A stretch of 64,000 nt of DNA from Fuerstiella sp. (GTDB lineage Bacteria > Planctomycetota > Planctomycetia > Planctomycetales > Planctomycetaceae): positions 3,960 to 67,959 of the forward strand of contig JAPYTO010000003.1 in assembly GCA_029941865.1 (NCBI GenBank). The letters run 5' to 3'. This document shows positions 20,833-28,424 of the stretch, one piece after another. Below the pieces are notes generated by a model. The model made no database searches. It saw nothing but the letters and a program-made list of their open reading frames with translations, and had not been told where the DNA came from. The number at the start of each line of letters is the position of its first letter. Position 1 is the first letter of the stretch. Both the position numbers and the translations under genes were made by a program.

Positions 20833-22881
20833 ATGTTACGTTTCATTCCGCGCAGAAGTCGCTCCGTCAAAAAACCATCAGCTCGGCAAAAACGGGCTTC
20901 GTCAGCAGTGGCGTATTCCGACGAGCCGCTGGAGATTCGGCGAGTCCTGTCTGCTGTCACTGCCACCGTGGACGACATTGGTTCTCAGGCGATTACGTCT
21001 GTCAACAGCGACAACGGCACACAGCTGGAATCGTCGTACCATGCCGGGGCCGAAGCGAGAATCGTCAACGGTACTTCCACGAGCGACTACCGCGCCGTAG
21101 GAATCGTTAACAACGGATGCACGGGAACGTTGATCGCTGCGGACGTTGTGCTGACAGCCGCCCACTGTGTGGAGGGCGAACGCGGAGGATTCATCGGGGA
21201 CACAGAAGGCACGTTTGAGGTAAATGGACAGACGTATGGAACGACAAAAATAACCGTCCATCCGAACTATGATCCCAACAACTTTGGAGCCGGCAATGAT
21301 ATTGCGATCATGAAGCTGGACCGTCCGGTGAACGGAGTCACGCCGGTTGAGATCAATCGAGTCGTACCGCAGATCGGACAGATATTGACACTCGTCGGTT
21401 TTGGCGAAACAGGAAGCAGCACGGGTGGCTCGAATGGAGACTTTGGCAACAAAACAGTGGGCCAGACGCCAATAGACAATGTAACGGCGACACATATTGA
21501 ATGGAACTTTGACAACCACAGCGAAAGCAATACGGCGGCTGGTGATTCCGGTGGACCGGCATTCGTGGAATTGAACGGACAGCTGTACATCGCGGGCATC
21601 ACGTCCGGAGGCGATGGTGATCCCCATCGACTCGGCGATCATTCGTTTGATACGCGAGTTGACACTTTGGCGACATGGATTGATCAGGTCGCGGGAACAA
21701 CAGACGGTGGTGGTGGCACGGGAGATGGTGGGACCGGTGGTGGTGACACGGGAGGTGGTGGACAGTCTGACGGCGGCCTGGCGGGGACGTTCTCCAGCTC
21801 AACTGTTGTCGCAATTCGAGACGATCGGCCGGTCACAGTGACGTCGTCCGTTCAGGCAAACGGCATGTCCGGAAGCATCACTGACGTCAATGTCACGCTG
21901 GACATTGACCATACATGGAATGAAGACCTGACCGTTACCTTGATCAGCCCGTCCGGCACGCGTGTCGTGTTGTTCGACGCGATCGGCAGCGATAGTCATA
22001 ACTTCAAAGGCACAACGCTGGATCAACAGGCGACCGTGCCGATTCGGGCCGCTGACGCTCCGTTCACCGGTACCTTTCGCCCGATGGGCGATCTTGCTCG
22101 ATTCAACAACGAAGACCCAAATGGTACGTGGACGCTGGAAGTGCAGGATTCGTTTGACCTGGACGGAGGTCGAATCAACAGTTTCGCGGTATCTCTCACG
22201 ACAGCCGGGAACGGAGGAAGTGAGGGCGGTGACACAGGAGGTGGTGGTGAGACGGGAGGTGGACTTGCCGAGCAGGCCATTGCGATCGACCAGCAGTATG
22301 ATCTGGACACAACCGGCAACGACTTCGAGAACTGGGGAGGATCAGGTGAGAAATGGATGTTTGGAAACAGCGGCTGGGTCTTCATTCTGCCGGATGGTTC
22401 GCTGCATGAGTGGGACGGATCCAGCGGAGCGAATGGACGACTGATCGCGTCATTTTCACCGGATTATCACGCGACTCCGGAGCTGCTGTATCGCGCCTAC
22501 GACAATTCCCTGGATCAGGGAGGATCGCAGGACGAAACGCCCGTGGATCTTGCAGCCAGCGCGGTGGAAATCGACCAGCAGTACAATCTGCGAACAACCG
22601 GAAATTTATGGGAAGACTGGGCCGGGCTGGGGGAAAAATGGCTCTACAGCAACGTCGGTTGGGTCTTCCTTACACCTGACGGATCGCTGTACCAGTTGAG
22701 TGGTAACAGCGACGGCTCGGACCGATTGATCTTCGCGTTCTCGACGGAATATCACGCCAACCCTGAACTGCTGTTCGACGCGTATGAAAACTCACTGCGA
22801 CAGCAAAGGGCACAGGATGACACGGCCGACGTTTTTGCCTGTCTCGCGGAAGACAACGATGATTTGTGGACGGCTGTGTAA
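20833..22881 (+). CDS. Secreted trypsin-like serine protease with proprotein-convertase P-domain and two C-terminal repeats
   Basis: aaggag lies 9 nt upstream of the ATG at 20833. The protease motifs are IVNG...LTAAHC, DIAIMKL and GDSGGP. The P-domain reads ITDVNVTLDIDHTWNEDLTVTLISPSGT...DPNGTWTLEVQD. The N-terminus contains RRSRS...LEIRRVLSA. Confidence 0.9.
   Translation: MLRFIPRRSRSVKKPSARQKRASSAVAYSDEPLEIRRVLSAVTATVDDIGSQAITSVNSDNGTQLESSYHAGAEARIVNGTSTSDYRAVGIVNNGCTGTLIAADVVLTAAHCVEGERGGFIGDTEGTFEVNGQTYGTTKITVHPNYDPNNFGAGNDIAIMKLDRPVNGVTPVEINRVVPQIGQILTLVGFGETGSSTGGSNGDFGNKTVGQTPIDNVTATHIEWNFDNHSESNTAAGDSGGPAFVELNGQLYIAGITSGGDGDPHRLGDHSFDTRVDTLATWIDQVAGTTDGGGGTGDGGTGGGDTGGGGQSDGGLAGTFSSSTVVAIRDDRPVTVTSSVQANGMSGSITDVNVTLDIDHTWNEDLTVTLISPSGTRVVLFDAIGSDSHNFKGTTLDQQATVPIRAADAPFTGTFRPMGDLARFNNEDPNGTWTLEVQDSFDLDGGRINSFAVSLTTAGNGGSEGGDTGGGGETGGGLAEQAIAIDQQYDLDTTGNDFENWGGSGEKWMFGNSGWVFILPDGSLHEWDGSSGANGRLIASFSPDYHATPELLYRAYDNSLDQGGSQDETPVDLAASAVEIDQQYNLRTTGNLWEDWAGLGEKWLYSNVGWVFLTPDGSLYQLSGNSDGSDRLIFAFSTEYHANPELLFDAYENSLRQQRAQDDTADVFACLAEDNDDLWTAV
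22264..22833 (+). repeat. Tandem 285-nt (95-aa) coding duplication at the protease C-terminus
   Basis: LAEQAIAIDQQYDLDTTGNDFENWGGSGEKW... aligns with LAASAVEIDQQYNLRTTGNLWEDWAGLGEKW.... By my hand alignment 54 of 95 positions are identical. Confidence 0.85.
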
Positions 22882-23133
22882 CTCACACATTGCTGCCGAA
22901 ACTCGCCTCGGCTTCGTTCCTCACCGACTGTATATCGGGAACGTGGCCGAGGTCTTTGACGGTCCGATCAGAACCAGGTGGAGACGAAAGCAGAATCATT
23001 CTGTCTGGTCCCTGACATCTGTCTTCCGCTGGTGTGCGGTCGTATGTTTGCTGACGGTGGAATCCTGACGATCCCGGAAGTTTCTTTGTATTTCGTGCGC
23101 AAGATATCGTGGTGGTTCCGGTAATCTGATTGT

Positions 23134-23766
23134 ATGGCTGGAACAGACCCCACTGGCAGAACCCGTGCAAGCCTGCTTTTGCGGGTGCAGAATCCGGCAG
23201 ATCGGGATTCCTGGAACGAATTCGTTTCGATCTATACGCCGCAGATCTATTTGTGGGCGATGCGTTTCGGATTACAGGATGCAGATGCGGAGGACGCGAC
23301 TCAGGTCGTACTGATCAAACTGGTTCATTCGCTCCGCAAATTCGAATACGACCGGTCGAAAGGGGCCTTTCGCGGATGGCTTAGAACGGTATCTCAAAAT
23401 GCTGTGCGTGACCTCTTCCGAAATCTGAATCGTGTGGAACATGGCCTGGGTGGTCTCTCTCGCTTCGATCAGCTGCATAATCTGGAAGCTCGCGATCCTC
23501 AGCAGGAACTGGAACGGATTCTTGAACACGAAGCCCGAAAGAACATCCTTGCAGAAGCGGAAGAATTCGTGCGGGCACGAGTCAAACCGGCGAACTGGAG
23601 GGCATGGAAGTTGACAGCGCGAAACGGTGTTTCCGCAGCCGATGCCGCAGCGGAACTTGGACTGAAGATTTCAGACGTCTATGTGGCCAGGACCCGCATC
23701 ACAAAAATGCTGCGAGCGGCTGTCGAGAATCTACACATCGACGACACTGAAAGTGGGACGCGATGA
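23134..23766 (+). CDS. ECF sigma-70 family factor
   Basis: Region 2 reads DAEDATQVVLIKLVHSLRKFEYDRSKGAFRGWLRTVSQNAVRD. The region 4 HTH reads GVSAADAAAELGLKISDVYVARTRITKML. The stop overlaps the kinase start (ATGA at 23763). Confidence 0.88.
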   Translation: MAGTDPTGRTRASLLLRVQNPADRDSWNEFVSIYTPQIYLWAMRFGLQDADAEDATQVVLIKLVHSLRKFEYDRSKGAFRGWLRTVSQNAVRDLFRNLNRVEHGLGGLSRFDQLHNLEARDPQQELERILEHEARKNILAEAEEFVRARVKPANWRAWKLTARNGVSAADAAAELGLKISDVYVARTRITKMLRAAVENLHIDDTESGTR

Positions 23767-26462
23767 CAGATTGCCCACAACAGAACACGTTGCTTGAGTT
23801 TCTCAATGAAGAACTGTCGGAAGACAGTCTTGCTGGTATGGCGCAGCACCTGAACGAGTGCGCCGACTGCTGTCGACAGGTCGATCAGTTGAGTGAACAG
23901 CTGGACTTTTCCGATCCCATCAGTGCCGTGACTTCTCCCGATGAGGATCCTGCGATCGAACTGCAACAGACCAGCGAGCAGGCACGTAGAATCGCCGATC
24001 TGATCGGTCGATTGCAGTCACCGGATTATCTTTTCCTGGACGATGCATCTTCGTTGTCCACACGTCCTGATGCGTCAAGCCGTGTGCGGTTTCCCGGCGA
24101 ACCGACGGACGACGCACCGCTGGGCACGCTGGGGCGTTATAACATTATCCAGAGCGTCGGCAGCGGCGCGACCGGTCATGTGTTCCGCGCGTGGGACTCG
24201 CAATTGCATCGCATCGTTGCCATCAAGGTGCTGCGTCAGGAACTTGCCACATTGGAGAGTGCTCGTCAGCGCTTTGCTCGCGAAGCAAACGCGGCGGCTC
24301 AGGTCACGGGTGAGAACATTGTTTCCATCCTGGAAGTCGGCAGTGACAACGACTTTCCGCCGTGGCTGGTGCTGGAATTCGTCGACGGCGGGTCGCTGAA
24401 GGATTCCATTCCCCGGCGAGAATCCATGGACCCGGTTACGGTGGCTCGCCAACTGTGCGAATTGCTTTCCGGACTCAGTGCAGCCCACGCACAGGGTGTC
24501 ATCCACCGTGATGTGAAGCCGGGCAACATTCTGATTGACGACAGATCAGGTTCACTGAGACTGGCGGACTTCGGGATGGCCCGGCTGGCAGAAGTGCAAA
24601 CCGCTGACCTGACTGCGGATGGAGTTATTGCCGGGACACCGGCCTATATGAGCCCCGAACAGGTCAGCAGTCCGTCGGACGTCGACGAACGCAGCGATGT
24701 CTATTCTGCCGGCGTGGTCATGTACGAACTGCTGACCGGCGAGCAGCCCTTTCGCGGAACTGTGCGGATGCTGCTGCATCGCGTTCTGCATGACGATCCC
24801 ATCCCGCCACGCAAACGCGATCATCGAATTCCCCACGACCTGCAGAATATCTGCGTGATGTCCATGGCAAAGGATCCATCACGACGGTACCAGACAGCGA
24901 GCGAATTCCGTGAGGATCTGCTCTGCTTCCTCACAGACAAACCCGTTCTGGCGAGGCCGATCACATTGGCGGAGCGGGCGTCGCGCTGGTGTCTTCGCAA
25001 TCCGGTCGTCGCTGGAATGTCCTTCGCCATCGTGCTGCTGATACTGTCAGGAGTCTACGGGTGGGCGTCGTTCACCACGTCGCTGACTACGAATAATCAG
25101 CAGCTGACGGATGCCGTCGATGCGCTAAATCGAACGAACGACGAGCTCGATATCGCCATTCGTCGGGCAGAAGCCGGTGAACGGACGGCCACTCAAAATG
25201 CGACCGTTGCGGAAGACCAGTTGAACGTGGCGTTTGACATGGTGCGTACGCTGGTATTTGAGGTTCAGAACGAGCTTGCGGATCAGCCCGGAACGGAACA
25301 GCTGCGGCAACGGCTGCTCACAAGAGCGTTGGACGGGCTGGATCGGGTCAGCGAATCGGCTGTGTCAACGCTGGCCACCCAGTCCAGCCGGGTGATGGCC
25401 GAAAATCGTCTGGCGGACGTATTGCAGGAACTCGGCCAGCTGGAAGCGGCTCAACAACATTTCGAACGAGCACTGGCGACGTCGCTGCAAATGCTGGAAG
25501 ACAAAACGAACATCGTCTCCGCTCTGCAGGCACATGTACTCACGTGCTGGAACCTGGCCGTTCTGCATGCGCAGCGCGGTGACAGTACACAAGCGTTTGT
25601 GACTTACGAAGCGGGCATGACTTCGTGCCGCCGCTGGCTGGAAGCCTCGGCGGACGATGCCGATTGTCAGGTCAACATGCTGCTGGGCTCAGAAAGAATT
25701 GCACAGCTGCAGGTCGACAATGGAGATGCGGATGACGCCCTCTCCACTCTGACAGAATGCATCAGCCGTGCGACCGTTTTTCTGGCCGACCACCCACACG
25801 CACCGGACATTGTTCGGTCGCTGGCAACCGTGCAGCTGAAACTTGGCAGGGTGCTTGGGAGTCTCGATGACGCTGCGTCGGTCACAGCTCTGAGACGGTC
25901 GCGTCAATTGTTCTCGCAACTGGAATTGACCGACGATGTTGACGGCAGAAGCACTCAACTCAGCTACGTCACCTGCGGTCTGCTGCTGGCCCAGCAGCTT
26001 GGTGCTTCGAATCCTGCTGAAGCAGAAGAACTATGTCGCGACACCCTCAGGCAATGCCGGTCAGCGACATCGGGCGACGATGCGATGGGCCGCCTGCAGT
26101 CGATGGCACTGCTAAGACTTGGACAGATCCTCGTCGCACAGAAACGTTACACCGAGGCTCTGCCGAACCTGGACGCATCCCGCGAGCGATTCGCCATCGC
26201 GGCACGGGACGCTACGGCAATACCTGCGGACCGGATCGCCCTGGTCGATTGTCTGCTTGGACTCGCAACAGCAGAATTGGCATTGGACCATTCAACGCGG
26301 TCCACGCAGTTTCTGGATCAGGCGGAACGGCAGTTGGCCGATCGACCAGAGTTGGATCCGACCGCCGGAGCCGTTCAGCAACGCCACGAAATGCAGCGAA
26401 AACACATCGAAAGACTCAAAAGCATGTTTTTCGACAAAAACAATACGGACGCCCGGCCGTAA
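23763..26462 (+). CDS. Ser/Thr protein kinase with N-terminal ZAS-type anti-sigma motif, TM helix and helical-repeat C-terminus
   Basis: The N-terminus carries C4-x24-H29-x3-C33-x2-C36. The kinase blocks are VAIKVL, HRDVKPGNILID, DFG and GTPAYMSPEQ. The TM is VVAGMSFAIVLLILSGVYGW. A long helical C-terminal region follows. Confidence 0.9.
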   Translation: MTDCPQQNTLLEFLNEELSEDSLAGMAQHLNECADCCRQVDQLSEQLDFSDPISAVTSPDEDPAIELQQTSEQARRIADLIGRLQSPDYLFLDDASSLSTRPDASSRVRFPGEPTDDAPLGTLGRYNIIQSVGSGATGHVFRAWDSQLHRIVAIKVLRQELATLESARQRFAREANAAAQVTGENIVSILEVGSDNDFPPWLVLEFVDGGSLKDSIPRRESMDPVTVARQLCELLSGLSAAHAQGVIHRDVKPGNILIDDRSGSLRLADFGMARLAEVQTADLTADGVIAGTPAYMSPEQVSSPSDVDERSDVYSAGVVMYELLTGEQPFRGTVRMLLHRVLHDDPIPPRKRDHRIPHDLQNICVMSMAKDPSRRYQTASEFREDLLCFLTDKPVLARPITLAERASRWCLRNPVVAGMSFAIVLLILSGVYGWASFTTSLTTNNQQLTDAVDALNRTNDELDIAIRRAEAGERTATQNATVAEDQLNVAFDMVRTLVFEVQNELADQPGTEQLRQRLLTRALDGLDRVSESAVSTLATQSSRVMAENRLADVLQELGQLEAAQQHFERALATSLQMLEDKTNIVSALQAHVLTCWNLAVLHAQRGDSTQAFVTYEAGMTSCRRWLEASADDADCQVNMLLGSERIAQLQVDNGDADDALSTLTECISRATVFLADHPHAPDIVRSLATVQLKLGRVLGSLDDAASVTALRRSRQLFSQLELTDDVDGRSTQLSYVTCGLLLAQQLGASNPAEAEELCRDTLRQCRSATSGDDAMGRLQSMALLRLGQILVAQKRYTEALPNLDASRERFAIAARDATAIPADRIALVDCLLGLATAELALDHSTRSTQFLDQAERQLADRPELDPTAGAVQQRHEMQRKHIERLKSMFFDKNNTDARP

Positions 26463-26558
26463 CCACGTTTAATCAGAGTCCAGTCAACTGCAGTCGCCAT
26501 TGATTCATGATCAATGCTCGGCGGAAACTGCCCCTTGATATTCGAGTGACGGCTCGAA

Positions 26559-28007
26559 GTGGAACGCGGTGCATTCCGCGCAGTGCCAGAAACGAAAGGC
26601 GATGCCTTGAAATTGATCGACCGCCTTCCGGAAATTCTTCATCGTCGCAGCCGCAGAATTTCAAATCTCAGGCAGCCACATTCCGCTGAGTGTCTCGACG
26701 TACGACTTAATCTGTCGGTGCTCGCGTTGGATAGTGGTGCTTTCTGCCTTGACGAACAATTCGACGACGAGCACCTGTCGACTGATCTCGACGAAGGATC
26801 AGAACCAGTCACCACCGATATTCAGTCGGACGTTTATTTCGATGACGAATGGACCTTTGAAGTTACTGACATCGTGTACATCGAAGACGCGTTTGCGGAC
26901 GAATTGTTCGACGACAGTCTGTGGACCACAGATTTCCTGGCAGACGAAGACTTCTATTTCGTCGATGATTCGTCCGAACCATTCACCGACGACGTGTATT
27001 ATGAATGGTATGACCTGAACGGTGAATACGCAGGAGATATCGCCTGGTCAGACGACTTTGCAAACAGTGATCAATGGTTCTGGGACGAGTACACGTACTG
27101 GGAATGGACGTACGAAGAGGAAACCGATGAACTGATTTGGTACGTGTACGACACCACGATTGTCGACGATTCGTTCGAAGGCTTTGACGACGGATCGTAC
27201 TTCGCAGACTCAACGGCGGACGGCTGGTTTGAGGTGATTGTTGAGGATTCGGCCAGCTCATTGACGAGCATTGCCGACGCCAGCTTCGGAGAATCCACTG
27301 TGGCTGAAAGCGACGGCGCTGCAGACAGTCAGTCCACCGTCGACTCGTCGACAGCGGCGCTTGTTCCGGGCGTTCAACGCGTGAATCTTCTTGCCTCTCA
27401 ATTCGCGACTGCAGTAATTCACGCCCGCTCCGCAACAGGGCACGTTCATGCCGAAGTGGGAATCGCTGATACTTCGGCACGATGGCAAAATGCCGGCAGC
27501 AGAATGGGGGTGGCCAGCAAGTCTCTGCCGGCAGGACGTACTCATCAGACGCAGGATTTCTTCGGTGATGCCGAGTCATTTCGGAACCAGAACGACACTC
27601 AACGCCGGGACGCACGTTCCGACGGGGACTTCGATGGTGCCGTGATCGACCGCACGGAATTGATCGGACGGCTGGATCAGCTGTTCAAAGAATTCTCTCA
27701 TGCGAACGGCGTTGCCTCAGATTTCGATAAGATCGAATTGGCCGTAACGTATCCCGGTCAGCGCGGCGCACGACTGCTGGAGTTGTCGTCCGTCTCAGAT
27801 GGTGACGCCCATTGCAACGGCAAATCCGCGAGAGTCTCTGGTACGATCTCGCTGCAGAATTCGCCAGAGCGACTTGGCAGCCACGAAGCCGTTGGTGCAA
27901 TCGTGGCCGCTGGACTTGTAGGCGCGGCCATCCGTTCCGGATGGATGCTGCGGCGCCGTCGAGAATGCGACCTGCAGGTGACCGCAACGGGCCAGCAGAA
28001 CTTCTAA
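26559..28007 (+). CDS. Hyper-acidic, aromatic-rich hypothetical protein with C-terminal hydrophobic anchor
   Basis: The 482-aa ORF begins with GTG at 26559 and the start is uncertain. It has RRSRR...ECLDVRLNLSV near the N-terminus and a 175-aa D/E + F/W/Y stretch. The C-terminus reads AVGAIVAAGLVGAAI...RRRR. The antisense ORF is Arg-rich shadow. Confidence 0.6.
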   Translation: MERGAFRAVPETKGDALKLIDRLPEILHRRSRRISNLRQPHSAECLDVRLNLSVLALDSGAFCLDEQFDDEHLSTDLDEGSEPVTTDIQSDVYFDDEWTFEVTDIVYIEDAFADELFDDSLWTTDFLADEDFYFVDDSSEPFTDDVYYEWYDLNGEYAGDIAWSDDFANSDQWFWDEYTYWEWTYEEETDELIWYVYDTTIVDDSFEGFDDGSYFADSTADGWFEVIVEDSASSLTSIADASFGESTVAESDGAADSQSTVDSSTAALVPGVQRVNLLASQFATAVIHARSATGHVHAEVGIADTSARWQNAGSRMGVASKSLPAGRTHQTQDFFGDAESFRNQNDTQRRDARSDGDFDGAVIDRTELIGRLDQLFKEFSHANGVASDFDKIELAVTYPGQRGARLLELSSVSDGDAHCNGKSARVSGTISLQNSPERLGSHEAVGAIVAAGLVGAAIRSGWMLRRRRECDLQVTATGQQNF

Positions 28008-28424
28008 CCTCAGAATCGTCGCTTGGCCATCGCACGTGGCAAATGTTCCGATGTCGTTCCGGCGCCGTTCTGAAGGTTACCGGGACTGCTCGCAATCGAC
28101 GCTGTCCATGACGAACGTTTGGTGGCACAGCTTTCGGCAGTCGCCAGCCACGTGGAATCGATCTCTTTTGGCAACTGGTCGACCATCGATCGGCTTGCAC
28201 CCGCGTTTCCTGGCCGTCGCAAACAATCTACGGAGCAATCTTCATTGATCGTCCCTGACGAGACAGACATACTCCGAATATTCAGACATCGCTGCGGCTC
28301 CGTCCAGGGAATTGAAGTTCCCGGAGTCGAGGCGATTCTTGTGTAACCAATGCAATTTCAAAACACGTGCTCATCGCATGTCCATCGGGGCAGGGGCATT
28401 GCGTATGAACAGAAGGAATCGTCG

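Noticed and set aside
21700-21775. G-rich short tandem repeats (ggtggtggtg..., also at 22215..22262). I checked them as possible simple-sequence or CRISPR-like repeats.
   Set aside because: They are in frame and encode Gly/Thr/Asp linkers (GGGTGDGGTGGGDTGGGG) between protease domains. There is no spacer/repeat periodicity.
26498-26516. A small AT-rich hairpin, cattgat-tcatg-atcaatg, lies after the kinase stop. I considered it as a terminator.
   Set aside because: It has only a 7-bp weak stem and no U-tract. It could equally be a chance palindrome. There is not enough support for a terminator call.
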